In this document: in pieces, positions 10,153-20,294 of the stretch
How the letters are laid out: each line of letters starts with the position of its first letter
How positions within the stretch are numbered: position 1 is the first letter of the stretch
DNA from: an uncultured bacterium
GTDB lineage: Bacteria > Chloroflexota > UBA5177 > JANWHV01
Reading direction: 5' to 3'
Assembly (NCBI GenBank): GCA_963729625.1
Contig: CAVSOU010000017.1
Location: forward strand, 64,001-128,000
Length of the DNA stretch: 64,000 nucleotides
Made by a program: the position numbers and the translations under genes
Notes under the pieces: generated by a model
Told to the model about the DNA's origin: nothing
Seen by the model: only the letters and a program-made list of their open reading frames with translations
Databases searched by the model: none

Positions 10153-11015
10153 GCGAGCAGATGCCCCCAGCCCGCTTGTTGTCCCCGCGCCTTCGGCGCC
10201 TGCTCGGCCGGGCGGCGTTGATGATCGCCCTCATCGTGCTGCTGTTCCTGTTTCTTGGCCCGCTGCTCTGGTTCCTGGCTCTGTCACTTCGCCCGGTGAC
10301 CAGTGATTTCGATGTGCCCCCGAATCTGTCTTTCACACCGTCCCTCTGGGCCTTCCACGACACGTTTGTCTCGCCAGGCGGGAACCTGGCGAACCTCAAG
10401 GCGAGCCTAGTCGAGGCGGCCGGCACCCTGCTGATCACGGCGCCTTTGTCTATCCTGGCGGCCTACGGCTTCTCCCGCTATCAATTCCGAGGACGCCGTT
10501 TCATGCTGCTCTGGATGCTCACGTTGCTGCTCACGCCGCCGATCGGCATGCTCCTGCCGAACTACATCATTATGAACAACCTCGGTCTTATCGGCACGTA
10601 CCCGGTGCTTATGCTGATGTACCAGACGTTCACCTTGCCGTTGACGATCTGGCTACTGCGCGGCTTCATGAACGACATCCCGGTGGCTATTGAAGAGGCC
10701 GCGATCATCGACGGCGCCACCCGCCTGGAGGCGCTGCGCTATATCGTGATTCCGCTCTGCGCGCCCGGCATCCTGGTGGCGTTGATGTTCGCCTTTGTCT
10801 TCTCCTGGAACAACACCGTCTTTCCGCTGGCCATGTCCAACACGGATACGCAGCCGTTGCCTATCGGCACGCTCAACTATTTTGCCACCACGGGCGTGAC
10901 CTGGAATTATATCGGGGCAGATTCGATCGTCACCATTCTGCCGCCTGCCATACTGTTCTTCTTGTTCCGCCGCTACATCGTCAAGGGGCTCACGTTTGGC
11001 GCCGTCGCGGGTTGA
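10149..11015 (+). CDS. Carbohydrate ABC permease (MalG/UgpE type)
   Basis: EEAAIIDGA, FVFSWN and GLTFGAV. ATGA overlap with the upstream gene. Confidence 0.93.
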   Translation: MSEQMPPARLLSPRLRRLLGRAALMIALIVLLFLFLGPLLWFLALSLRPVTSDFDVPPNLSFTPSLWAFHDTFVSPGGNLANLKASLVEAAGTLLITAPLSILAAYGFSRYQFRGRRFMLLWMLTLLLTPPIGMLLPNYIIMNNLGLIGTYPVLMLMYQTFTLPLTIWLLRGFMNDIPVAIEEAAIIDGATRLEALRYIVIPLCAPGILVALMFAFVFSWNNTVFPLAMSNTDTQPLPIGTLNYFATTGVTWNYIGADSIVTILPPAILFFLFRRYIVKGLTFGAVAG

Positions 11016-11148
11016 GGACGTCCATGATCATGGAAGGGGAATTGGTACTGCACGATGTCGATGTGCCGGCGGTCGAAGCGGCCGCGCCAACGCTGTTGGG
11101 AGCTGGCGACGGTGAGCTGTATTGTTGTTACAGGAAAGAGGTTTTGAA

Positions 11149-12210
11149 GTGACGGATAAGGTACGGATGGCTGTCGTGGGCCTGGGCATGTGGGGCCAGA
11201 ATCATTGCCTGGCCTTTGGCGACTATCACAGAAGCGAGCTGGCCGCGGTGTGCGACGTCGACGCGAAGCGGGCCGCACAGTATGCCGCTACCTACACGTG
11301 CAAGGCCGTGCAGGACTACCACGAGATCGCCGCCGATCCCGCTATCGACGCTGTGAGCGTCGCGACACCCGACCCGAAGCACTTTGCGGTCGTGCTCGAG
11401 ATGCTACGGGCGGGCAAACACGTATTCGTGGAGAAGCCGCTCGTCACCAAGGTCGACGAAGCCGTTGCCCTGGTTGAAGCCGCCAGGGGGCGTCCCGTGA
11501 CGACGATGGTCGATTTCCACTCGCGTTGGATTCCTTCGTACATCGCGATCAAGGATGCCCTGGACAACGGCGAGCTTGGACGGCCCGTCATGGGCTACAT
11601 CCGGCTGAGCGACGCCATCGAAGTGGCCCTGCAGTGGCTGCCGTGGGCGGCCGATTCCGGGCCGCAGTGGTTCCTGTTCCCCCACATCGCCGATCTCATG
11701 TATTGGTACTTCGGTGCTGTTCCCGAGTCGGTGTATGCCGTCGGCAGCAAGGGCGTGCTGTCGTCGAAGGGCGTCGACACGTACGATACGATTCAGGCGC
11801 TTTTGCGCTTCCAGGGCGGTGGCTTCACCACGCTCGAATCGAGCTGGATCGTGCCGAACGGATCGGCAAACGTGATCGACTGCCAGATGGCCTTGTACGG
11901 CACCGAGGGCCGGGTCGAGCTCAATTATGACAACTACGGCCTCGAAATTACCAGGGAGAGAGTGCGATATCCGTTCATCTCGGGCGGGAAACCGAACCGG
12001 TACGGCCACCTGGATGGTTACGTGTTTGAACCGATGCGCACGTTCGTGGACTGCATTCTCGATGGGAAGGCGAGCCCGACTCCCCTCGAGACTGGCCTGG
12101 TGAATACGTCTATTATTGACGCCTGTTTGCGCTCCATCGCAAGCGGCGTGCCGGAGTCCTTGCACGGGTTGCACGCACTGGACGGAAAGCCCGAGACTGC
12201 TGCGCACTGA
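11149..12210 (+). CDS. Gfo/Idh/MocA oxidoreductase
   Basis: VVGLGMWG, VATPDPKH and HVFVEKPL; both domains present. Confidence 0.9.
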   Translation: MTDKVRMAVVGLGMWGQNHCLAFGDYHRSELAAVCDVDAKRAAQYAATYTCKAVQDYHEIAADPAIDAVSVATPDPKHFAVVLEMLRAGKHVFVEKPLVTKVDEAVALVEAARGRPVTTMVDFHSRWIPSYIAIKDALDNGELGRPVMGYIRLSDAIEVALQWLPWAADSGPQWFLFPHIADLMYWYFGAVPESVYAVGSKGVLSSKGVDTYDTIQALLRFQGGGFTTLESSWIVPNGSANVIDCQMALYGTEGRVELNYDNYGLEITRERVRYPFISGGKPNRYGHLDGYVFEPMRTFVDCILDGKASPTPLETGLVNTSIIDACLRSIASGVPESLHGLHALDGKPETAAH

Positions 12211-12523
12211 TCGTGTTCGAGGCGCCCGCGTTTCTCCCGGAGTGAAGATAGCAATGACCGGAATAATCGCGGATAGGGTACTTCGAGGAGCACAGTCCAG
12301 CATCGCAGTCAGGTGTCAGGGCTGTTCAGTTGTTGTTGACCAAGCTGGGAGACGCTGCCATCCGAGGTCGTGGGCACGTGATTTGCCAGACGGAGCGGGC
12401 AGGACACCCGCACGCGGGTCCCGGCGGTCCCAGGCCCGTCGACATGCCCCTGCTACGAGCATTGAACAGCCCTGGTCAGGTCCGATGACTAGTGAGCACG
12501 AGTACGCGAAGGTGGAACATACG

Positions 12524-13432
12524 ATGGCGATGGAAGAGCACATCCGTAGTATTCCCGCCATGCTGCGCGAGAGCCACGAGCGAGTAGCAGCATCTCGGGA
12601 CATCCTGGCGCCGCTGATTGACGGTCCCCTGGTCATTCTCGGCTGCGGCACATCCCATAGCGTCGCCCAGGCCGCGGCGTCGCTCTACGAGCAGGAGCGC
12701 CATGCGCCGGCCCAGGCGATCCTGCCGTCCGACTATGTGCCGCGCCGAGACTGGATGCACATCGCCATCAGCCGAACGGGCCAGACAACCGAAGTCGTCG
12801 AGGCCATGCAACGTGTGCGAGCAGCGGGCGCGCGATGCCTCCTGCTGGCTGGAGCCGTCGAGTCGCACGCTGCTCGCTATGCCGATCAGGTTCTCCTCCT
12901 GGAGTTTGCCGCCGAGGAGGGCGTCATCCAGACGCGCTTTATCGCCGTCGCTTTCGAGGCCTTGCGCAGCCTGATCTTGGGGGCAGCGGCTGCGGCGGAG
13001 CTCGACGATCTGCCGGCCCGTGTGGAGCGCGGTCTCACCGCGTTTGATGCAGGTCCGCTGATCGCCTACGACCATGTAGTGTTCTTGGGCCGCGGCTGGC
13101 GTCATGGACTGGCGCAGGCAGCCGCGCTCAACCTGCAGGAAACGACGCTGTTGGTTCCCGAGTCACATCAAACACTGGATTATCGGCACGGCCCTATTTC
13201 CGCCGCGGACGAACGCACGCTGGTGTGGTCCTTCGATGCCGAGGACGATGCCGAGAGCGCCTCGGTGCTGGCCGACGTGCGAAAGACCGGAGCAAAAATA
13301 TATGCCGTCTCAGATGATCCGCTGATCACCCTGGCCTGTGCGCAGATGACGGCTCTTGCCAAAGCGCGGGCGCGCGGCATCGATCCGAGCTCGCCCAGGC
13401 ACCTCGTGCGCGCTGTCGTCCTTGAACGATAG
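12524..13432 (+). CDS. SIS-domain phosphosugar isomerase/deaminase (AgaS/FrlB/GlmS-like)
   Basis: GCGTS, ISRTGQTTE, FLGRG, YRHGP and PRHLVRAVVL. Start could also be 12485. Confidence 0.85.
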   Translation: MAMEEHIRSIPAMLRESHERVAASRDILAPLIDGPLVILGCGTSHSVAQAAASLYEQERHAPAQAILPSDYVPRRDWMHIAISRTGQTTEVVEAMQRVRAAGARCLLLAGAVESHAARYADQVLLLEFAAEEGVIQTRFIAVAFEALRSLILGAAAAAELDDLPARVERGLTAFDAGPLIAYDHVVFLGRGWRHGLAQAAALNLQETTLLVPESHQTLDYRHGPISAADERTLVWSFDAEDDAESASVLADVRKTGAKIYAVSDDPLITLACAQMTALAKARARGIDPSSPRHLVRAVVLER

Positions 13433-13574
13433 CGGCATCTGCATCCAGGAGTACAGCGGTTGGTCGGGTGCGCAGGCTGGTCATTCTCGTCACGCGATCC
13501 GAGTCGCGCGCGGCTTGGCGGCAGGCCATCACGTGAGCTGAACGACGCGCACTGTGGAGAAATGGAGATGAGGG

Positions 13575-14663
13575 TTGCCGCCTGAATTACTGCTCGCCGA
13601 CTACGATCCCACGCCGGCCCTGGTGACGGAAAGCCATCACGTAGACAGAGCGAAGTTTCCTGCGATCGACGCACACAACCACCTCGGACGCTGGCTCACC
13701 GCGGATGGCTCGTGGGCGGCCAAGGACGTACCGGCCCTTCTGGACCTTATGGACGCCTGCAATCTCAGCGCCATCGTGAATCTGGACGGTATGTGGGAAG
13801 CGGAGCTTGAGGACAATCTGGCACGCTACGACCATGCTTACCCCGGGCGCTTCTACACGTTCGCTCAGTCCGACTGGAGCTTGGTCCAGCACTCTGACTT
13901 CGGCGCTCGCCTGGCCAACCAGCTCGTCGATAGCGTGCGGCGCGGCGCACGCGGCCTCAAGGCATGGAAAAAGCTGGGCCTGGAGTACCGCGACGCCGGC
14001 GGGGTGCTGCTACCGATCGATGATCGCCGGCTCGACGATCTCTGGGCCGCGGCCGGCGAGCTGCATGTGCCGGTGCTGATCCACATCGCGGACCCCGTGG
14101 CCTTCTTCCGACCGCTCGACGCGACGAATGAGCGCTGGGAAGAGCTGCACGCCCACCCAGACTGGCAGTTCCCGTCGCCGCCGTTCCCGTCCTTCGCCTC
14201 ACTGATGGACCAGTTCGAGGCGCTCATCGCGCGCCATCCGCTCACGACATTTATCGGAGCCCACGTCGGCTGCTACGCCGAGAACCTGCATTGGGTGGCC
14301 AGGATGCTGGACACGTACCCGAACTTCGCAGTGGACATGGCGGCGCGTCTCGGCGAGCTGGGCCGGCAGCCCTATGCCGCGAAGCGATTCTTTGAGCAGT
14401 ATGCCGGACGCATCACCTTTGGTCTCGATGTCTTTCCGCCGGCTCGTGAGGAGTATGCACCCTACTTTCGCTGGCTCGAGACTGCCGACGAGTACTTCAG
14501 CTACGGCACCACGCCGGTCGGAAGTCAGGGCCGCTGGCAGATATATGGCATAAACCTCAACGATGAGGCCTTGCGTGAAGTCTACGCGGGCACCGCTCAA
14601 CGTGTCATCGTCGAGCGGCAGCCACCGGCTGTCAGGACAGGGCCGGAGACTGTGAATCCGTAG
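13575..14663 (+). CDS. Amidohydrolase_2-family metallohydrolase
   Basis: IDAHNH, GARGLK, VLIHIADP, FIGAH and FGLD motifs. Confidence 0.88.
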   Translation: MPPELLLADYDPTPALVTESHHVDRAKFPAIDAHNHLGRWLTADGSWAAKDVPALLDLMDACNLSAIVNLDGMWEAELEDNLARYDHAYPGRFYTFAQSDWSLVQHSDFGARLANQLVDSVRRGARGLKAWKKLGLEYRDAGGVLLPIDDRRLDDLWAAAGELHVPVLIHIADPVAFFRPLDATNERWEELHAHPDWQFPSPPFPSFASLMDQFEALIARHPLTTFIGAHVGCYAENLHWVARMLDTYPNFAVDMAARLGELGRQPYAAKRFFEQYAGRITFGLDVFPPAREEYAPYFRWLETADEYFSYGTTPVGSQGRWQIYGINLNDEALREVYAGTAQRVIVERQPPAVRTGPETVNP

Positions 14664-14984
14664 TGCAGTGGTGATCGCGGTGAAACGGCGCCGCATGGTA
14701 GCCAATCGTCGGCAACGGTCCGGGCGCCTCGAGTCAGGCAAAGGTTGCGACCTTTGAGGCGGCAAGGACGCAAGGGAGAGAGCTAGTCACCTGGTGGAAG
14801 GAGCACACGGTGTGGTACTGACTATGGAGCTGGCGGATCGCATTGCAGCGATTCTCGACCAGGCGTTGCACGAGGTCGTGACGAGAATCTAGCCGCACGA
14901 GACTGGTACTGCCGGCGCCCGGTACCGTCGGGCGCCGGCAGGCGTGGCCTGTCGAATGCCTTGCAGGAACGAAAGGGAAGCGCT

Positions 14985-16745
14985 GTGCGCCAAACGGTCA
15001 GCATGCATATCGATCGGGACGTCCCGGTTCCCATGCGGGACGGCACGATTCTCTACGCCGATATTTACCGCCGAGATTCCAGCGAGCCGGCCCCCGTGCT
15101 CCTGGTTCGCACGCCATACAACAAGGAAGACGGTGCACACGCTCTGGTCTATATTGATGCGCTGCGCACGGTGGCGCACGGTTACACGATCGTCATTCAG
15201 GACGTGCGGGGACGGTTCAAGTCCGAGGGTGTCTTCAACCCGTACTTTCAGGAGATCGATGACGGGTACGACAGCGTTGAATGGTGCGCAACACAACTGT
15301 GGTCGACCGGTTCCGTGGGTATGTACGGCGGGTCCTACGTGGGCTCCGTGCAGTGGCTTGCCGCCATCGCCCAGCCGCCACACTTAACGTGCATCGTGCC
15401 CATGGTCACCTCGTCGGATCTCTATGAAGGCTGGACATATCAGGGGGGCGCCCTACAGTGGGGGTTCATGGTAACCTGGGTTCTCACCATGCTTGCGTCC
15501 GAGGGCCTGATCCGCAAGCGCCATGAAGACCCGAACTTCGAGGATCGGTATCGCGAGATGGTCGCGCTGGTCGACAACATGTCCCCGGGATTCAATGTGC
15601 TGCCTCCTGCCGATCTCCCCCTGGTGAAGGAGTTTGCTCCCTACTTCATAGACTGGCTGAGCCATGAGAGTCGAGACGACTTCTGGACGGCGATCAGCGT
15701 TCAAGACCGGCATTCCCTTGTGCGGGTACCGGCACTGAATTTTGGCGGCTGGTACGACATCTTTCAGGGCGGTACGCTCCGCAACTTCGCAGGGGTGCGC
15801 AAAGAAGGGGGCACGCCGGAAGCGCGGAATGGGACACGCCTTCTGATGGGTCCATGGCACCACCAGATCCCGACGACCAACGTGATCGGCAGCCACGATT
15901 TTGGCATTACGTCGAGTCGCAGCCTTTCGCCACTTGGCTACGACTCCGACGGAGAGGTTCTGCGATTCTTCGACTACTGGCTCAAGGGCATCGACGACGG
16001 ATTCGAGAAGGAGCCGCCCATCAAACTCTTTGTCATGGGCGAGAATCGATGGCAGCTTGAATCGGAATGGCCGCCGGCGCGTGCCCAGTACACCAGCTAC
16101 TTCCTGCATAGCGACGGCAACGCAAACTCGTCGGGCGGCACGGGGTCCCTTACGCCGGAGCTGCCGAAAGAGGAACCGTCGGATGTGTATCTCTACGATC
16201 CCCACCACCCGGTTCCCACACATGGCGGACAGTTGTGCTGTTACCCGCCGGCTCTACCGTACGGGGCCTTCGATCAGAGCCGCGTTGAAGAACGACAGGA
16301 CGTACTGGTCTTCAGCACTCCCCCGCTTGACCACGATCTTGCCGTGATTGGACCTGTGTCGCTCACACTCTGGGCTGCGACATCCGCTCCCGACACGGAC
16401 TTCACGGCGAAGCTGGTCGACGTATCTGCCGCCGGATACGCCCGCAATGTGACAGACGGGATCGTTCGGGCTCGTTACCGGGATGGAACGGACCGGCCTA
16501 GGCCGATCACGCCGGGCATGAGCCTACGGTACACCATTGACCTTGGGTCGACCTGCAACGTATTCAAGCAGGGGCACCGCATTCTCCTGGAAGTATCCAG
16601 CAGCAACTTCCCGCGTTTCGACCGCAACCCAAACACCGGGCGTGCCGTCCACGCGGACAGTGAATTGCGTCCCGCCAAACAGAGTATCTACCACGACGCG
16701 CAGCGCCCATCCTGCCTGATCCTGCCGATCGTCCACGACGTATAG
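14985..16745 (+). CDS. CocE/NonD-family serine hydrolase
   Basis: VPMRDG, RTPY, QDVRGR, GGSYVG nucleophile, GWYD, GPWHH and SSSNFPRFDRN. Confidence 0.93.
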   Translation: MRQTVSMHIDRDVPVPMRDGTILYADIYRRDSSEPAPVLLVRTPYNKEDGAHALVYIDALRTVAHGYTIVIQDVRGRFKSEGVFNPYFQEIDDGYDSVEWCATQLWSTGSVGMYGGSYVGSVQWLAAIAQPPHLTCIVPMVTSSDLYEGWTYQGGALQWGFMVTWVLTMLASEGLIRKRHEDPNFEDRYREMVALVDNMSPGFNVLPPADLPLVKEFAPYFIDWLSHESRDDFWTAISVQDRHSLVRVPALNFGGWYDIFQGGTLRNFAGVRKEGGTPEARNGTRLLMGPWHHQIPTTNVIGSHDFGITSSRSLSPLGYDSDGEVLRFFDYWLKGIDDGFEKEPPIKLFVMGENRWQLESEWPPARAQYTSYFLHSDGNANSSGGTGSLTPELPKEEPSDVYLYDPHHPVPTHGGQLCCYPPALPYGAFDQSRVEERQDVLVFSTPPLDHDLAVIGPVSLTLWAATSAPDTDFTAKLVDVSAAGYARNVTDGIVRARYRDGTDRPRPITPGMSLRYTIDLGSTCNVFKQGHRILLEVSSSNFPRFDRNPNTGRAVHADSELRPAKQSIYHDAQRPSCLILPIVHDV

Positions 16746-16896
16746 GGAACGGCTCGGGTCGACAAATAGTCGCCTGACTCGCCGGGGGCAAGCCGAGACG
16801 ACCGGGAACTGTATGCCCGACCCACGATGGACTGACGATCTCATCGTGGGTCGGGCCAGACTATGGATCAGCGCTCACGCGCGCATCCTCAGGTCA

Positions 16897-19218
16897 TCAG
16901 GCGCCGGCGCAATCGTAGAGTGACGATCCGCCGCCGCCCATAACGGTTGACGCGGCACTGCCGGCAGCAGTGGTGCTGCTCGTAGTGGTGCTCTGGACGC
17001 TGCTGGTGGAAACAGCCTTGCAGGTCGTCTGTACCCATTGCATGATGGATGAGCTGCTTCCCTGACCGCCGCCTCCGCCGCCAAGCACGAAGCGCACTTT
17101 ATCGCTCTTCACCAGTGCCTGGAACTGTGCCAGCGTGAGGATTGGGTCGTTGCCGCCGAAGCCGCCCAGCGACATCACGGGCTTGCCCGTGGTGATGATG
17201 TACGAGGCGGCGCTGTTAGAGCTCGCGGTCACGACCAGGTAATAGGTCGAGCCCTGGTTCTTCAGCAGGTACGTGAGCAGCTGGCTGTCGACGGTCGAGC
17301 CGCTGCCCATGCCGCCGGTACGCGCCTGCCCCATTGTGCTGTCCGTGGGCATCTGGCCGCCGGCAGGAGCCTGCCCCATCGTGCCACCCGTGGGCATCTG
17401 GCCGGCTGTGCCGCCGGTTAGTCCCTGGGCGGGCGTGCCACCCGTGGGACCCTGGCCAGCCGGTGGATTGCCCATCGTGCTGCTGGGTCCCGCACCGCGG
17501 CCGAAACCACCTGGGCCTGCTCCGCCTCCGAAACCACCTGGGCCTGCACCGCCTCCGAAGCCGCCGCTGCTCTGGGCACTGGGTCCGGCGGAAGGAATAC
17601 TGCTGCCGACCGTGCTGACCGTATTCGCCGCCCACACCGCCGGCGCCATCAGCAAGGCCAGAGAGCCAATTGCCAGGGCGAGCGGCGTCCAAATCGGCAG
17701 GCGACGGCGCGGACGGAATCGGGCCGCCACCAGCGCCACAGCGGGGATGATCGTGCTCGCCAGCACCAGCGGCGTCATCCAGCGGCTCCAGGCCGGATAC
17801 GCGCTCAGGATGTGGACCTGAGCGATAGCGGTCGCCGACAGCGCGATGGGAAGCATCCAACCGCGCCAGCTCAGCAGTGGCCGATGCTGGCGATAATCCT
17901 GCCAGAGTGTCACCAACCCGATGGCGGCCAGCGCTGCGATGGCGGGCGCCAGCGTCACCAGATAGTAGCTGTGGAAGAAGCCGGCCACGCTGAAGAATCC
18001 AGCCATGGTGAGCAGCCAGACACCCCACAGCAGCAATCCCTTTTGCTTGCGGTCGAGCGGGAAGCGCAGACGCCGGCTACCGGCCACCAACAATCCAAGC
18101 AAAGCCAGCGGGATGAGCCAGCCGGCCTGGCCACCCAGCTCCGAGTCGATCAGCCGGAGGGGGCCGGCCGTGCCATTATTGAACAGGCCGCCGCCTCCGC
18201 CACCATTGCCCTGGCGCGGCGCCGTTTGAGATTCGGCAGTCGAGGAAGCCGCGACGCTCGTCGTCGTGGTTGCCGCGGTCACGGCGGCCTTGTTCGCCGT
18301 GCTTGTCGTCGCGGTCGTATGCTGAGCCGGCGTGCCGCTCTGGCCGAGAAGCCGCTGCAGGCCGTTGTAGCCAATCGCCAGGTCGATTTCAGAATTGGTG
18401 GTAGTGGAATCCACCCAGGGTCGTTGGCTGGCCGGGGTCAGGTCCACGGCCACGGCCCAAGACAGCGAGATGGTCAGCATGAGGATCGATGCCAAGAACA
18501 GGTGTGCCAGGCGGGTACGCCAGCGAGCCTGCGCTCCCAGCAGATACACAAGCGCGAAGGCCGGAACCACGAGAAACGCTTCGAGCATTTTGATATTGAA
18601 GCCCAGCCCCACGAACACCGCGCACAGCAACAGCCACCGGAGGCCGGATGAGCGCGACGTGCCGTGTGAGCGCTGCTCCACGGCCCGAGAAACCGCCCAG
18701 GCGCCGAGCAGCATGAAGAGCACCAGGATGCTATCGATAGTATTGTTCCGATTGTCCGCCACGGCCACCGGCGTGATCGCCAGGCACAGCGCCGCCAGCA
18801 GGCCGGCTGCCTCGCCGAACACGCGCTTGACCAGGTGATAGAGCAGGGCGACCGAGAGAATGCCGGCAACGGCTTCGGGCAGCAGCAGACTTACCCCGTT
18901 GAAGCGAAACAGCTTGACGCTCGCCACCTGGAACCAGAACCCGAGTGGTGGCTTGTCGATCGTGACGAAGCCGCTCGGGTCAAACGCCGCGAAGAAGAAA
19001 TTGTGCCAGTTCATGGCCATGCTCTTGACTGCCGCCGCGTAGTACGCGTTGGCGTAGCCTTCGCGACTGAGCTGGAAGAGATTCAGGAACGCTGCCAACA
19101 ACAGGATTGCCCCCAGCGCGATGCGGCGCCACGGGAGCGTGAACGTTCGAGTCTGGTCACCGACACGCTCGCATGTTGCGGTCTTCAGTCCAACCCCAGG
19201 TATATCAATTGCACTCAT
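16897..19218 (-). CDS. GT39/ArnT-like glycosyltransferase (YkcB/YycA type)
   Basis: NAYYAAAVKSM, DKPPL, RNNTID, GFNIKML, GYNGLQRL, FFHSYY and GGFGGNDP. Gly/Gln/Thr-rich repeated loops. GAAGGA RBS. Confidence 0.9.
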   Translation of the reverse strand: MSAIDIPGVGLKTATCERVGDQTRTFTLPWRRIALGAILLLAAFLNLFQLSREGYANAYYAAAVKSMAMNWHNFFFAAFDPSGFVTIDKPPLGFWFQVASVKLFRFNGVSLLLPEAVAGILSVALLYHLVKRVFGEAAGLLAALCLAITPVAVADNRNNTIDSILVLFMLLGAWAVSRAVEQRSHGTSRSSGLRWLLLCAVFVGLGFNIKMLEAFLVVPAFALVYLLGAQARWRTRLAHLFLASILMLTISLSWAVAVDLTPASQRPWVDSTTTNSEIDLAIGYNGLQRLLGQSGTPAQHTTATTSTANKAAVTAATTTTSVAASSTAESQTAPRQGNGGGGGGLFNNGTAGPLRLIDSELGGQAGWLIPLALLGLLVAGSRRLRFPLDRKQKGLLLWGVWLLTMAGFFSVAGFFHSYYLVTLAPAIAALAAIGLVTLWQDYRQHRPLLSWRGWMLPIALSATAIAQVHILSAYPAWSRWMTPLVLASTIIPAVALVAARFRPRRRLPIWTPLALAIGSLALLMAPAVWAANTVSTVGSSIPSAGPSAQSSGGFGGGAGPGGFGGGAGPGGFGRGAGPSSTMGNPPAGQGPTGGTPAQGLTGGTAGQMPTGGTMGQAPAGGQMPTDSTMGQARTGGMGSGSTVDSQLLTYLLKNQGSTYYLVVTASSNSAASYIITTGKPVMSLGGFGGNDPILTLAQFQALVKSDKVRFVLGGGGGGQGSSSSIMQWVQTTCKAVSTSSVQSTTTSSTTAAGSAASTVMGGGGSSLYDCAGA
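17325..17560 (-). repeat. Intragenic tandem repeats
   Basis: 27-bp units encode GGFGGGAGP x3; 45-bp units encode GQMPTxxTMGQA x2. Confidence 0.75.
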
Positions 19219-19396
19219 CGTTGATCCTTCCCGGCGTATCCGCCGATTCCTGCTGACGATTCTTGTAACGTCTTGATGTGCGTCGTGCACCATTGCGTTG
19301 ACCGGGCCGCGTATCTCAGCGCACAAGCGACGATGCGTGTGGCGGGCGCCGTGTAGCAGACTTTCATCGCGTACAGCCTTATCCTGGGGTCCGCGG

Positions 19397-19457
19397 CTAA
19401 GTCTGGCGTGAGAGGCGGCTAAGCGAAAAGGAAGCGTATTCTGAGAGTTCGGCAAGA
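19397..19457 (-). promoter_or_regulatory. Six 11-bp-phased hexamers (OmpR/MprA-type operator array)
   Basis: Minus strand reads TCTTGC-N5-TCTCAG-N5-GCTTCC-N5-GCTTAG-N5-TCTCAC-N5-ACTTAG. Confidence 0.7.
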
Positions 19458-19559
19458 GCGGCGCAGCTCAGGAGTGCCGAACGCCGAGGGTGACCGCCTG
19501 CCTTTTGGGTGCAGCGGCGGACCGGTACACTACAGGAAGGAGCGCACGGGAGGACCGCC

Positions 19560-20231
19560 ATGCCAACCATCCTGGTTGCCGACGACGACCACAAGATCAC
19601 CGACATGCTGCGGCGGACCCTCATCTACGAGGGGTATAAGGTGCTCATAGCCAATGACGGGCAGGAGGCGCTGGATCAGGCCCAGGCGCACCGGCCGGAC
19701 CTGGTGATCCTGGACTGGATGATGCCCAAGCTGGACGGCCTGGAGGTCGCCCGCCGTCTGCGTGCCGCGGACGAGGTTCCGATCCTGATGCTCACCGCGC
19801 GCGATGCGGTTGAAGACCGTGTGGAGGGCCTGGATACCGGCGCTGACGACTACTTAGTCAAACCCTTCGCCCCCGCCGAGCTGCTGGCGCGGATCCGCTC
19901 GCTGCTACGGCGCACCACCACGGAGGGTGAGAAGCCGCTCCGCTATCTTGATCTGCAGATCGATCCCTCCACGCGCGAGGTTCAGCGTGGTGAGCGGGCC
20001 GTCGCCCTCAGCCCCAAGGAGTACGATCTCTTATTCTATCTGCTCCGCCATCCCCGGCAAGTGATGCCTCGCGGGCGCATCCTCGAGGAAGTGTGGGGTT
20101 ACGATTTCGGAGGCGAAGACAGCGTCCTCGACGTGTACATCGGCTACCTGCGGGCGAAAACGGAGGCCGCGGGCGAGGCGCGTCTGATCCAGACGGTGCG
20201 CGGCGTCGGCTACGTCCTGCGCGAGGGATAG
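19560..20231 (+). CDS. OmpR-family response regulator (MprA-like)
   Basis: [23 protein letters not shown] and [17 protein letters not shown]. Confidence 0.95.
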   Translation: MPTILVADDDHKITDMLRRTLIYEGYKVLIANDGQEALDQAQAHRPDLVILDWMMPKLDGLEVARRLRAADEVPILMLTARDAVEDRVEGLDTGADDYLVKPFAPAELLARIRSLLRRTTTEGEKPLRYLDLQIDPSTREVQRGERAVALSPKEYDLLFYLLRHPRQVMPRGRILEEVWGYDFGGEDSVLDVYIGYLRAKTEAAGEARLIQTVRGVGYVLREG

Positions 20232-20294
20232 CCAAGGCGCCGGCTGAGGCTGCGACACTGTCATGTTGGCCCGCCATGCACTCGGGGGAGGCTC

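Noticed and set aside
7675-11015. Missing ATPase in the sugar ABC operon as an anomaly
   Set aside because: Normal for CUT1 systems that share an MsiK/MsmX-type ATPase encoded elsewhere.
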